This document shows positions 1 through 12,137 of a stretch of 45,909 nt of DNA, piece after piece. Under the pieces are notes generated by a model, which made no database searches, was not told the DNA's origin, and worked only from the letters and a program-made list of their open reading frames with translations. The translations under genes and the position numbers were made by a program. The DNA is taken from NCBI GenBank assembly GCA_964422015.1, contig CAYQZK010000001.1:1-45909 (forward strand), given 5' to 3'. Within the stretch, counting starts at the first letter, position 1, and each line of letters starts with the position of its first letter. The DNA is from an uncultured Methylotenera sp. Its GTDB lineage: Bacteria > Pseudomonadota > Gammaproteobacteria > Burkholderiales > Methylophilaceae.

Positions 1-1269
1 ATAAGTTAATGTACCGTCTGTGTTAATAGCACGCCACATTAAGCCTTCCATCACACCAGAAATCCAAAGTGCAGCGATGTATAACACAATACCTGTTGTA
101 GCTAACCAGAAGTGAGCTTCAATGGCTTTAATGCTGTGCATTTGTTTTTGACCAAACAAGCGTGGAACCATGTAGTACAAAGCACCCATAGAAACCATAC
201 CTACCCAGCCTAAAGCGCCTGAGTGAACGTGACCTACAGTCCAATCAGTGTAGTGTGAAAGCGAGTTCACTGTTTTAATTGCCATCATTGGACCTTCAAA
301 CGTACTCATACCGTAGAAAGATAATGAAACAATCATAAAGCGCAAGATAGGGTCTGTGCGCAATTTGTGCCATGCGCCTGACATCGTCATCATACCGTTA
401 ATCATACCGCCCCAACTTGGTGCTAAAAGAACCAATGAGAACGTCATGCCTAATGATTGAGTCCAATCAGGTAAAGCAGTGTAGTGCAAGTGGTGAGGAC
501 CCGCCCACATGTAAGTGAAAATCAATGCCCAGAAGTGAACGATTGATAAGCTGTATGAGTAAACAGGACGACCAGCTTGTTTAGGAACGAAGTAGTACAT
601 TATGCCTAAGAAGCCTGCTGTTAAGAAGAAGCCTACAGCATTATGACCATACCACCATTGCACCATCGCATCTTGAACACCAGCATAAGCTGAGTAAGAT
701 TTCATTAAGCCAGCTGGGATTGCAGCACTGTTAACAATGTGCAGTAAAGCTACGGTGATAATAAATGCGCCGAAGAACCAGTTCGCTACGTAGATGTGTT
801 TTACTTTACGAGTACCAACTGTACCGAAGAACACAATTGCGTAAGCAACCCAAACAACAGCAATCAAAAGGTCGATTGGCCATTCTAGTTCTGCATACTC
901 TTTACCTTGTGTGTAACCTAAAGGTAATGAGATTGCTGCAGCTAAAATGACTAATTGCCAACCCCAGAAGGTAAATGAGGCTAGTTTAGGCATGAACAAG
1001 CTCACCTGACATGTGCGTTGTACCGCATAGTAAGATGTAGCGAATAATGTACAGCCACCAAATGCAAAAATAACTGCATTGGTATGTAACGGACGTAAAC
1101 GACCGAAACTAGTCCAAGGTAAACCGAAGTTGAGTTCAGGCCAAACAAGTTGAGAGGCGACAACAACGCCCATCAACATGCCAACCACGCCCCATACTAC
1201 GGCCATGATTGCAAACTGACGTATAACACCATCGCTATACGTAGTTGATTTTGTATTTAAGAATTGCAT
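1..1269 (-). CDS. ccoN: cbb3-type cytochrome c oxidase subunit I (3' end runs off the window)
   Basis: Not in the ORF track. Manual translation from ATG 1269 gives [31 protein letters not shown]...[16 protein letters not shown]...[14 protein letters not shown]...WAGPHHLHY...[12 protein letters not shown], which are hallmark CcoN motifs. A G-rich RBS lies upstream. Confidence 0.97.
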   Translation of the reverse strand, partial: MQFLNTKSTTYSDGVIRQFAIMAVVWGVVGMLMGVVVASQLVWPELNFGLPWTSFGRLRPLHTNAVIFAFGGCTLFATSYYAVQRTCQVSLFMPKLASFTFWGWQLVILAAAISLPLGYTQGKEYAELEWPIDLLIAVVWVAYAIVFFGTVGTRKVKHIYVANWFFGAFIITVALLHIVNSAAIPAGLMKSYSAYAGVQDAMVQWWYGHNAVGFFLTAGFLGIMYYFVPKQAGRPVYSYSLSIVHFWALIFTYMWAGPHHLHYTALPDWTQSLGMTFSLVLLAPSWGGMINGMMTMSGAWHKLRTDPILRFMIVSLSFYGMSTFEGPMMAIKTVNSLSHYTDWTVGHVHSGALGWVGMVSMGALYYMVPRLFGQKQMHSIKAIEAHFWLATTGIVLYIAALWISGVMEGLMWRAINTDGTLTY

Positions 1270-1319
1270 TTATTCCCCCCGTTAGTACTTAAGTAGATAA
1301 AACTTTGTGAAACTCTATG

Positions 1320-1336
1320 TGTGACAATTTGACGCA
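1320..1336. promoter_or_regulatory. RegA/PrrA/RoxR-like binding site upstream of ccoN
   Basis: TGTGACAATTTGACGCA is an imperfect palindrome matching the RegR-type consensus GNGRCRTTNNGNCGC with 1 mismatch, about 50 bp upstream of ccoN. Confidence 0.5.
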
Positions 1337-1415
1337 TTGCCCGCAATTATAGTGGATATAAATAATGCATGCACCGTTTTGGTGTCAATAATTTGTGTGA
1401 TTTATGGTGTTGAAT

Positions 1416-1429
1416 TTGATTTATATCAA
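1416..1429. promoter_or_regulatory. FNR/Anr box
   Basis: Perfect TTGAT-ttat-ATCAA upstream of ccoN, the canonical FNR target. Confidence 0.85.
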
Positions 1430-1581
1430 TTAGAGTCTTAATAATTACTCAAACTCTTTAAATTTGACTCGGATTTTTTGAATTTAAGTAATCTTGATCT
1501 CTAAATCGGATCTAGCTTTTTGCGGTTATTTGGATGATTCGAATAGAGCGAGTGTTTAAAAATCAAGTAAACTCCAATTCC

Positions 1582-3039
1582 ATGAAGTTTTTATCTATAT
1601 TACTAACGGTTTGTTTAAGTCTATTAACAGCTTGTAACAAGGGTGACTCACCACATTCCGCGAAATCTCCCATAGTGTTTGCAATAGCGCAAGCACCCCT
1701 TAATTTAGATCCACGATATGCCACGGATGCGGCGTCTGAGCGTGTTAACCGTTTGTTGTATGAACCTTTAGTAGATTTTGATGAGCAATCGAAGTTGCAA
1801 CCTGCTGTGGCCGATTGGAAGCGCATTAGTCCAACCCAGTTTCGATTTGTGTTGAAAGATCAGCAAGCTATTTTTCATAATGGCAGTCAATTAACATCCG
1901 CAGATGTGGCTGCAACCTATGAGTCATTTAAGGTTTTAAAGAGCTCACCGCATGCGGCTGAGTTTGCCAATATTCAGCAAATTAAAGTGCTTGATACAAA
2001 AACACTGGATTTTTATCTTAAGCAGCCTGATCAGCAATTTATTGCTAAATTAATTATAGGAATCTTACCTAAAGAATTGATTGAAGCAGGGCATGATTTT
2101 TCTCATGCCCCTATTGGAAGTGGGCCGTTTAAATTTGTATCTTGGGGTAAGCAGTTAACTCTAGAGCGGATTGTTGATCAGCAGTTGGTTCGCTTGGTTG
2201 AAGTAAAAGACCCAACGGTCCGCGTGCTAAAACTACTACATGGAGAGGTAGATATGTTGCAGGGAGACTTGCCGCCTGAGTTGGTTAAGCATTTGCAAAC
2301 AAAGTCAGAGCTCACGGTGGTGAGTGGCAATGGAGCTAATTTTTCATATCTTGGCTTAAATATGCAAGATCCAGTGCTGAAAACTCCAAAAGTTCGGCTT
2401 GCGATTGCTCATGCAATTGATCGGCAGGCGATTATACAAAAGGTCATGGTTAATAACACCCGCAAAGCGCAAGCTATATTGCCACCAGAGCATTACACCA
2501 ATGCAGGTGCGGCGGAGTTGCTGTCTTATGACTATAATCCAGTATTAGCCAAGAAGCTGTTATTGGAGGCTGGAGTGAGGTTGCCTTTGCATTTAGTGTA
2601 CAAAACATCTACAGATGCGCAACGTGTGCGATTTGCCACGATTATGCAAGCGCAGATGCAGGCGGCAGGAATAGCGTTGGAAATCCGTAGTTTAGATTGG
2701 GGTACGTTTTTTGAAGATGTGAAGCAGGGTAACTTTCAGCTTTATGGCTTAACTTGGGTAGGCATTAAAACACCAGAAATTTACACAAAAGCTTTTGGTT
2801 CAAACAGTATGCCTCCAAATGGTTTTAATCGGGGTCGATACATGGATGCGGAGCTTGATGAATTATTGGGAAAAGAGGATTGGCCTGCCGTGACTCAGCG
2901 TATACATTCACAATTGCCGTATATTCCTTTATGGTATGAAGGTCAGTTTGTGGCGATGAGTAAAGGTATCCATCATTACGCACCAAAGTCCGATGGAAAT
3001 TGGGATGATTTAGCTAAAGTAAAAAAAGATGCGCATTGA
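1582..3039 (+). CDS. ABC transporter substrate-binding lipoprotein, family 5 (Dpp/Opp/Nik)
   Basis: Lipoprotein signal MKFLSILLTVCLSLLTA-C, so ATG 1582 is preferred over 1534. Motifs NLDPRYA, LLYEPLV, FHNG..LTSADV, PIGSGPFKF, VRLAIAHAIDR. Confidence 0.92.
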   Translation: MKFLSILLTVCLSLLTACNKGDSPHSAKSPIVFAIAQAPLNLDPRYATDAASERVNRLLYEPLVDFDEQSKLQPAVADWKRISPTQFRFVLKDQQAIFHNGSQLTSADVAATYESFKVLKSSPHAAEFANIQQIKVLDTKTLDFYLKQPDQQFIAKLIIGILPKELIEAGHDFSHAPIGSGPFKFVSWGKQLTLERIVDQQLVRLVEVKDPTVRVLKLLHGEVDMLQGDLPPELVKHLQTKSELTVVSGNGANFSYLGLNMQDPVLKTPKVRLAIAHAIDRQAIIQKVMVNNTRKAQAILPPEHYTNAGAAELLSYDYNPVLAKKLLLEAGVRLPLHLVYKTSTDAQRVRFATIMQAQMQAAGIALEIRSLDWGTFFEDVKQGNFQLYGLTWVGIKTPEIYTKAFGSNSMPPNGFNRGRYMDAELDELLGKEDWPAVTQRIHSQLPYIPLWYEGQFVAMSKGIHHYAPKSDGNWDDLAKVKKDAH

Positions 3040-3520
3040 AATTTCTATTCCACAGCAGTTGCTTACGCTATTTGACTGTATGGGCGGCGTAAAGGCTCAA
3101 TACAGTATTTCTTCTGCAGCTAACGGCGTGGGGTGCGAGAAAAACAGTGGTTGCACTCCTTTGGGTGAGCATATTATTCGTGCCAAAATTGGCGCAGATG
3201 AGCCTGTAAATTCTGTATTTGTTGGGCGTAGGCCTACAGGTGAAATTTGTACGCCTGAGCTAATGGCTGAGTTTCCTGAACGTGATTGGATATTGACGCG
3301 TATTTTATGGTTATCTGGCTGTGAGCTTGGCGTAAATAGACTTGGCAATGTAGATAGTATGCAACGGTATATCTACATTCATGGTACGCCAGACAAGGAG
3401 CCTATGGGGAAACCCTGCTCTCATGGCTGCATTCGTATGCGCAACGTCGATATTCTTGAGTTGTTTGAACTTGTTGATGTGGGTACATCCGTACAAATTT
3501 TGGATAACGTGAATGCTTAA
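3029..3520 (+). CDS. YkuD-family L,D-transpeptidase-fold protein without signal peptide (ElsL-like L,D-carboxypeptidase candidate)
   Basis: TPLG, RDWILTRILWLSG and YIYIHGT...SHGCIRM catalytic motif; 163 aa with no hydrophobic N-terminus. Confidence 0.88.
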   Translation: MRIEISIPQQLLTLFDCMGGVKAQYSISSAANGVGCEKNSGCTPLGEHIIRAKIGADEPVNSVFVGRRPTGEICTPELMAEFPERDWILTRILWLSGCELGVNRLGNVDSMQRYIYIHGTPDKEPMGKPCSHGCIRMRNVDILELFELVDVGTSVQILDNVNA

Positions 3521-4424
3521 GCGTTTGAGCGGTTTTTTGACGGTTATTTTTGGTGTATTGCTACTTACCTTTTTGTTGATTCATCTTGTGCCTGGCGACC
3601 CCGTAGAAGTGATGTTGGGGGAATCGGCATCGGTTACAGATCGCACTCAATTACGTGCAGACTTAGGTTTAAACCAGCCTTTAATTCAGCAGTTTGGCGC
3701 GTATATATCAAAACTTGCAGTCGGTGATTTTGGGCTATCTATTCATACTAAAACGCCGATTATTGAACTTATAAAAACACGTTATCCAGCTACGTTGAAA
3801 TTGGCAGGTATGGCATTGTTGATTGGTTTGAGTGTAGGTATTCCCATGGGGGTTTATGCTGCGCTTAAGGCTAATCACTGGCAGGATTATGTAGTGACGA
3901 TTGTTTCTGTGCGATTGTCGGCCATGCCAGCTTTTTGGTTGGGGCCTATGTTGATGTTGATTTTTGCGGTTTGGCTGGGGTGGCTACCTGTAAGTGGTAT
4001 GGAGTCGAATGCTTCCATTGTTTTACCCGCTATGACATTGGGTTTTGGATTGAGTGCAATTCTGACGCGTATGACGCGCACTAGTTTGCTCGAAGTGCTT
4101 AATGATGATTATATTCGAACGGCACGCGCTAAAGGTTTGGTTGAATCTAGTGTGATTTTACGGCATGCACTACGTGCAGCTTTGTTGCCTATTATTACCA
4201 TTGTTGGCCTGCAAATGGGAAGTTTGCTCGCTGGCGCGGTGATTACCGAAACGATTTTTAGCTGGGATGGAATTGGTCGTTTACTAGTGGAAAGTATTGA
4301 AAAGCGTGATTACCCTGTAACACAAGCTTGTGTTTTGGTGGTGGCATTGAGCTATGTATTGGTCAATCAAGTGACGGACTTTGTCTATCGCTTGGCTGAC
4401 CCTAGAGTCAAGTTTTCCAGTTAA
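3513..4424 (+). CDS. Dpp/Opp/Nik ABC transporter permease (B subunit)
   Basis: HLVPGDPV, LGLNQPL..QF, DYIRTARAKGL (EAA loop), ETIFSWDGIG, RDYPV. Confidence 0.93.
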   Translation: MLKRLSGFLTVIFGVLLLTFLLIHLVPGDPVEVMLGESASVTDRTQLRADLGLNQPLIQQFGAYISKLAVGDFGLSIHTKTPIIELIKTRYPATLKLAGMALLIGLSVGIPMGVYAALKANHWQDYVVTIVSVRLSAMPAFWLGPMLMLIFAVWLGWLPVSGMESNASIVLPAMTLGFGLSAILTRMTRTSLLEVLNDDYIRTARAKGLVESSVILRHALRAALLPIITIVGLQMGSLLAGAVITETIFSWDGIGRLLVESIEKRDYPVTQACVLVVALSYVLVNQVTDFVYRLADPRVKFSS

Positions 4425-4429
4425 TACTT

Positions 4430-5221
4430 ATGAAAAAATTTGCGCTATTTATTTTGGTATTTTGGTTATGTGCGGTTGTGTTTGGTCGTCTGTTTCATCT
4501 CAATCCCAATTTAATTAATTTGAATGCGATTTTAAGTTCGCCTCATCCCCAGTTGTGGCTGGGTGCTGATGATTTAGGGCGTAGTATTTGGGCGAGATTA
4601 TTACGTGGCGTAGAAGTTTCCTTTTTAGTGGCGATTACGGTGACATTGGTGACTATGGTCATTGGCGTTCTAGTTGGCCTGTTTGCAGGTTTTTATGGTG
4701 GTAGAGTAGACCGCGTACTAATGCAGGTGACTGATATCTTTTTGGCTTTCCCTGGCATTTTATTAGCCATTGCTTTTGCTGCGGTACTGGGGCCGGGATT
4801 AGGTAACTTGATACTTGCATTGTGCTTAACGGGTTGGGTGAGCTATGCGCGTTTGACTAGAGGTCAAGCACTGGGTTTGCGTAATCGGCAGCATGTATTG
4901 GCGGCAGAGTCGTTAGGTGCGAGCGTGCCTAGATTGATTTTTAAGCATATTTTGCCTTTGTTGGCTTCAATTCTGGTGGTGGAGGCGACGTACAGTTTAG
5001 CGAGTGTGATGATTGCAGAAGCCAGTTTGTCGTTTTTAGGTTTGGGCATACAAGCTCCGAATGCCTCTTGGGGGGCAATGTTACGAGATGCTGTGCGTTA
5101 TATGTTAGTTGCACCGCACTATGTGTTGATTGTTGGGTTAAGCTTGATGAGTTTGATTTTAGCCATTAATCTAGGTGGCGATTATTTGCGTGATAAGCTT
5201 GATGTTAGAAAAACAGATTAA
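4430..5221 (+). CDS. Dpp/Opp ABC transporter permease (C subunit)
   Basis: WLGADDLGRS, AAESLGAS (EAA), KHILP, EASLSFLGLG, SWGAML, GDYLRDKLD. Confidence 0.93.
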   Translation: MKKFALFILVFWLCAVVFGRLFHLNPNLINLNAILSSPHPQLWLGADDLGRSIWARLLRGVEVSFLVAITVTLVTMVIGVLVGLFAGFYGGRVDRVLMQVTDIFLAFPGILLAIAFAAVLGPGLGNLILALCLTGWVSYARLTRGQALGLRNRQHVLAAESLGASVPRLIFKHILPLLASILVVEATYSLASVMIAEASLSFLGLGIQAPNASWGAMLRDAVRYMLVAPHYVLIVGLSLMSLILAINLGGDYLRDKLDVRKTD

Positions 5222-5233
5222 GAAAGAGTGTTC

Positions 5234-6280
5234 ATGAGTTTAGGTCCCATTATGTTAGATGTTGTCGGCACAGAATTAACTGCCGATGATATTCGCCGTT
5301 TACAGCACCCTTTAGTCGGTGGCGTGATTTTATTTAAACGTAATTATGAGAATAATGCACAATTAAAGGCTCTGACAGCCAGTATTCATGCGGTTCGCCA
5401 GCCACCTTTGTTGATTGCTGTAGATCACGAAGGTGGGCGTGTACAAAGGTTTAGAGAGGGCTTTACTAAAATTCCACCTATGCGTGAGTTTGGCAAGATT
5501 TGGGATGTAAATCCGAAAAAAGCCAAAGAACTGGCGACTGAGGCAGGGTGGGTTTTGGCTGCAGAGTTGCGCGCACATGGCGTGGATTTTAGTTTTACGC
5601 CAGTGCTGGATATGGACTATGGCGATAGTCTGGTGATTGGAGATCGTGCTTTTCATTTGCAGGCACGAGCTATTAATGATTTAGCCTTTGCTTTAATGCA
5701 AGGCCTTAAAAAAGCGGGCATGGCCGCTGTGGGCAAGCATTTTCCTGGACATGGTTTTGTGGTGGCAGATTCTCATGTCAGTATGCCAGTGGATGATCGC
5801 GAGTTTGATCAGATTGCGCAAAATGATATGCAGCCATTCAGAATGCTGATTGATGATGGTATTCCTGCCATTATGCCGGCGCATGTGATTTATCCTAAAG
5901 TGGATGACAAACCCGCAGGTTTTTCATCACGCTGGTTACAAAAAATATTGCGTGAGCGCTTAGGTTTTAATGGTGTGATTTTTAGTGATGACCTCAGTAT
6001 GGAAGCCGCAACTGCGGGTGGTGATGTGACTACGCGTGCTTTGGCTGCTTTAACCGCAGGTTGCGATATGGTGTTGTTGTGTAACCAGCCTGCAATGGCA
6101 GATGAGTTGTTGGCAAATCTGAAATGGACAATTTCCGCACAGAGTATAAGTCGTTTAGCCCGCATGCACGGACATAAACATCCGCCAAGTTTAGATCAGT
6201 TGCATGAAAGCGCTGAGTTTGTACATGCGGTACATCATGTTGCGCAGGTGGGGGTTACAGAGGGTGAGTTGTTTGCTTAA
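5234..6280 (+). CDS. nagZ: beta-N-acetylhexosaminidase (GH3, peptidoglycan recycling)
   Basis: [40 protein letters not shown] 5228 is an alternative start. Confidence 0.95.
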   Translation: MSLGPIMLDVVGTELTADDIRRLQHPLVGGVILFKRNYENNAQLKALTASIHAVRQPPLLIAVDHEGGRVQRFREGFTKIPPMREFGKIWDVNPKKAKELATEAGWVLAAELRAHGVDFSFTPVLDMDYGDSLVIGDRAFHLQARAINDLAFALMQGLKKAGMAAVGKHFPGHGFVVADSHVSMPVDDREFDQIAQNDMQPFRMLIDDGIPAIMPAHVIYPKVDDKPAGFSSRWLQKILRERLGFNGVIFSDDLSMEAATAGGDVTTRALAALTAGCDMVLLCNQPAMADELLANLKWTISAQSISRLARMHGHKHPPSLDQLHESAEFVHAVHHVAQVGVTEGELFA

Positions 6281-6322
6281 AGCAAAACGTTGAATAAACG
6301 TGCAATTTGTAACAATTAAGCA

Positions 6323-6351
6323 CTTGAAACTTATTGAGTTAGTCGCTATCT
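6323..6351 (+). promoter_or_regulatory. putative sigma32 (RpoH) promoter for yccA
   Basis: CTTGAAA-N14-CGCTATCT versus consensus CTTGAAA-N13/14-CCCCATNT; perfect -35 and a weaker -10. Confidence 0.45.
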
Positions 6352-6387
6352 TAATATCCGTAGTCATATTTATTAAAGGAAACATCA

Positions 6388-7077
6388 ATGTTTGACAATA
6401 CTCCAGTTCTTGGTCGTTCAGAATCATCAGTAGAAGTAACCAATAAAGTGTTACGCAACACTTACGCTTTGTTAGGTTTGACGCTCATTCCAACAGTGAT
6501 TGGCGCGATGATGGGTATGAGCATGAGTTTTGGTTTTGCACAGGAGCATCCGTTTATTTTCGCAATTGGTGCCATGGTTGTGCTTTACGGTATGTTTGCG
6601 GCAATTGCAGCAAATCGCAATAGCAGTTTTGGTGTGGTGTTATTGTTGGGATTAACTTTCTTACTCGGTTTGATGTTAGGTCCAATTTTGCAACATGCAT
6701 TGCATTTGCGTAATGGCGGCCAAATCGTTGGTTTGGCAGCGGGTGGCACAGGCATTATCTTTTTAACTTTGGCAGGTATTGCAACAACAACTAAAAAAGA
6801 TTTTAGCTTTATGGGCAAATTCTTGATGGTAGGCATCATTTTGTTAATCGTTGCTTCGTTGGCTAATATCTTCTTGCAAATCCCAATCATGGCGTTGGCG
6901 ATATCAGCAATCGGCGTGCTGCTGTTTTCAGGCTTTATTTTGTTTGATGTAAGTCGCATTGTGAATGGTGGCGAAACCAATTACATCATGGCAACGTTGA
7001 GTCTTTATATGAGCATCTACAACTTGTTTACCAGCTTGTTGCAGTTGTTGATGGGCTTAATGGGTAGTGATGATTAA
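6388..7077 (+). CDS. yccA: Bax inhibitor-1/YccA family membrane protein
   Basis: NKVLRNTYALL, about 7 TM helices, FDVSRIVNGGETNYIMATLSLY..IYNLF; AAGGA RBS. Confidence 0.92.
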   Translation: MFDNTPVLGRSESSVEVTNKVLRNTYALLGLTLIPTVIGAMMGMSMSFGFAQEHPFIFAIGAMVVLYGMFAAIAANRNSSFGVVLLLGLTFLLGLMLGPILQHALHLRNGGQIVGLAAGGTGIIFLTLAGIATTTKKDFSFMGKFLMVGIILLIVASLANIFLQIPIMALAISAIGVLLFSGFILFDVSRIVNGGETNYIMATLSLYMSIYNLFTSLLQLLMGLMGSDD

Positions 7078-7097
7078 GATCTGTTCATTCAGGTAAG

Positions 7098-7127
7098 AAA
7101 AAGCCCATCAATTTGATGGGCTTTTTT
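7098..7127. terminator. bidirectional intrinsic terminator
   Basis: AAAAAGCCCATCA-att-TGATGGGCTTTTTT between convergent genes. Confidence 0.9.
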
Positions 7128-7141
7128 ATTTGAGAATGCTT

Positions 7142-7477
7142 TTAGTGCTTACGAGCTCTTTTCTCTGAATCGTGCTTTTCTTCGTAAATATTTTTGCTGT
7201 TTTCACGTAAATCTTGTCGTAAATCAGTGCGCTCTTCTTTTGTGAGTTTGCCATCAGCCTTGTAAGCTCTTTCTTCCTCACGTATTGCCTTTCTATCAGC
7301 GCGTAACTCTTTGGCTTCATCTTTAGTTAACTCGCCAGACTTAACGCCATTGGCGATTCTTTTATTTTGATGATGTTGCTGCCTGTTGATGTGAGGGTCT
7401 CTTGTATCAGCGTAGCTTGTATTGACTAATGTGGCTGATGCAACAAAACTGAATAAGATGACAAAAGCTTTTTTCAT
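7142..7477 (-). CDS. small secreted helical protein of unknown function
   Basis: Signal peptide ending SYA-D; two internal repeats (SGELTKDEAKEL and DGKLTKEERTDL); GGAGG RBS. Confidence 0.85.
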   Translation of the reverse strand: MKKAFVILFSFVASATLVNTSYADTRDPHINRQQHHQNKRIANGVKSGELTKDEAKELRADRKAIREEERAYKADGKLTKEERTDLRQDLRENSKNIYEEKHDSEKRARKH

Positions 7478-7579
7478 AAAACCTCCATTGAAGTGATTGC
7501 TTAAATTACCTGCACCAGACCTAACGTCTTTTGGCTTAAACCGGATGACATGTCTGGATTATCGTTTTATGGAAACTAA

Positions 7580-10118
<2,539 letters not shown>

Positions 10119-10119
<1 letters not shown>

Positions 10120-11099
10120 TACATTAAGGCCAGTGCGGTTAAGCATTGATGGTAATGACTATCACCACTGCTTTGGTTAATGCTTAGTTTAGGTATGCGT
10201 AGACCATACTTTAAATTTAAGCGTTTGGCTTCTACCACCCAACCTGCCAGTTGGCTGATACGTTGTTCAATGTTGTTACCCGTGGTTGCGTTAAAATCTA
10301 GCCAGAGTGCCGAACTAGCTTCGCCTTGAAACTGTTTGATTAATACACCTTGTTCACGTGCAGAGGCTTTCCAATCAATGCGTTTTGGTGAGTCACCAAA
10401 TTGATAATTTCGATGCCCAGAGAAGTCTTCATCGCCTTGAGTTGTAGGTCGCTGACCAGATGATTCATCTGCATCTGTGCTGGGTAATATGAGGTTGTGT
10501 AAGCTAGGGTTAGGGTAAATCAGGCATTGGTTTTCGGTTTCGGCATATGCCCAAACATAAAAAAGAGACACCGGAAACTCGGTGTTAAAAGTAACACGAG
10601 GTGCTTTTAGCCAGCCACGTTTTTGACTCGGTATTGATAATTCAAATGTCGTCTCACCCAAAGCGGCAATATCAAATACGGCAAGGTCTTGTACGTCAGT
10701 TTTTAGTTCTGAAAATTTAGCAAAAATGCTATAGCGTGCGCGATTGCTTTCTTCATTTACACCGAATTTAAAAATAGCATGCTCACCAGCGAATACTGGC
10801 TTTGTCGTAAGTTTAGAAATTTTTAAATTTGCTAAGTTGCGCCAGGTATGTAGCATGCTAACGGCACCTAGTCCTGCTAATAAGAATGTCATGGCAAAGC
10901 CGAGACTAATGGAGTAATTAATCGAGCTGGTAAGCAGACCTGTCAGTAATAATGCAAATACCCAACCAAAACGTGTTGGTAATATATAAATATATCTACG
11001 GCTCAAAATGGTGGTTGAGTTTATGGTTGTGCTGACTCGAAACCAACTTTTAGGCGAGGTGAGTTTGAAGTTGCTTGGTAGGTTTAAGCCTTTAGCCAT
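10119..11099 (-). CDS. DUF58 domain protein
   Basis: IYILPTRFG, LIYP, GDEDFSGHRNYQFGDSPKRIDWKASAR, CLTALAL. Confidence 0.9.
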
Positions 11100-11143
11100 G
11101 CTATGTGATGGTTTATGAATTTAAAGAATAAATTCTGCGTCTG

Positions 11144-12052
11144 TTAAACAGTAACAGCTTTAAGTAGCGTTTCAATTTTATCTGCGTTACTGGTTAAGGT
11201 GCTATTGCTGATTAATCTGTGATCGGCCACGCTAGGCAATATCGCCTGTATATCCTCAGGAATCACATAATCTCGACCATCTAACATCGCCCAAGCTTGT
11301 GAGCACTGTTTTATGTTCAGGCCCGCACGAGGAGAAAGCCCTGCATTGAACTGCGCAGATTGCCGCGTATATTTCAATATGGCTTGCAAGTAATCCAGTA
11401 GCGCATCAGAAACGTACACTTCTTGGCTTGAGGCTTGAAGATCTTGTAATTGTTTACTATCAATCACCGCGCTAAGCTTTGTTAGCTGATCTCGGCCACC
11501 GTTGTTTTGTAATAATTTACGTTCAGACGCAGCGTCAGGGTAATTCAAAGTAATACGCATTAAAAAGCGGTCAAGCTGAGATTCTGGTAACGCAAATGTA
11601 CCAATTTGCGAGCTCGGGTTTTGCGTGGCGATGACAAAAAATGGCTGAGGAAGTGTGTACGTTACAGCATCTATTGTGACTTGAGCCTCTTCCATTACTT
11701 CAAGTAAGGCACTTTGTGTTTTAGGTGTGGCGCGGTTGATCTCGTCTGCAAGTAAAACATTAGTAAATATCGGGCCAGGGTGAAATTTAAAATTTGCAGT
11801 ATTCCTGTCGTAAACAGAAACGCCGAGGACATCGGCTGGTAATAAATCGCTAGTGAACTGCAAGCGTTGAAACTGTAACCCGAGCACTTGCGCTAGTGTG
11901 TGCGCTAAGGTGGTTTTTCCCATACCAGGCAGATCTTCTATGAGTAAATGCCCTTTAGCTAAAATACAGGCCAGTGCGAGCTTGATTTGTTGGTCTTTAC
12001 CTAAAATAACTTCACTGGTTTTGGCAATGATGGCATCTGTAATATTTTTCAT
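11144..12052 (-). CDS. MoxR-family AAA+ ATPase
   Basis: HLLIEDLPGMGKT, RLQFTSDLLPAD, LLADEINRA.PKTQSALLE, LPESQLDRF, LSPRA. TTG 12070 is an alternative start. Confidence 0.95.
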   Translation of the reverse strand: MKNITDAIIAKTSEVILGKDQQIKLALACILAKGHLLIEDLPGMGKTTLAHTLAQVLGLQFQRLQFTSDLLPADVLGVSVYDRNTANFKFHPGPIFTNVLLADEINRATPKTQSALLEVMEEAQVTIDAVTYTLPQPFFVIATQNPSSQIGTFALPESQLDRFLMRITLNYPDAASERKLLQNNGGRDQLTKLSAVIDSKQLQDLQASSQEVYVSDALLDYLQAILKYTRQSAQFNAGLSPRAGLNIKQCSQAWAMLDGRDYVIPEDIQAILPSVADHRLISNSTLTSNADKIETLLKAVTV

Positions 12053-12137
12053 CTTATTTATATGGCTCAAAGCATGACTTTAAAACACGATGATACAGAT
12101 AAAATTTATTCTTAAGGTTGTTTTTGGTTCGCACATT

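Noticed and set aside
550-552. CcoN reads YSYSLS where I recall YSYRLS as the consensus
   Set aside because: A single substitution with all metal-ligand His motifs intact; it cannot be assessed without an alignment.
765-950. 61-aa plus-strand ORF
   Set aside because: Antisense shadow of ccoN.
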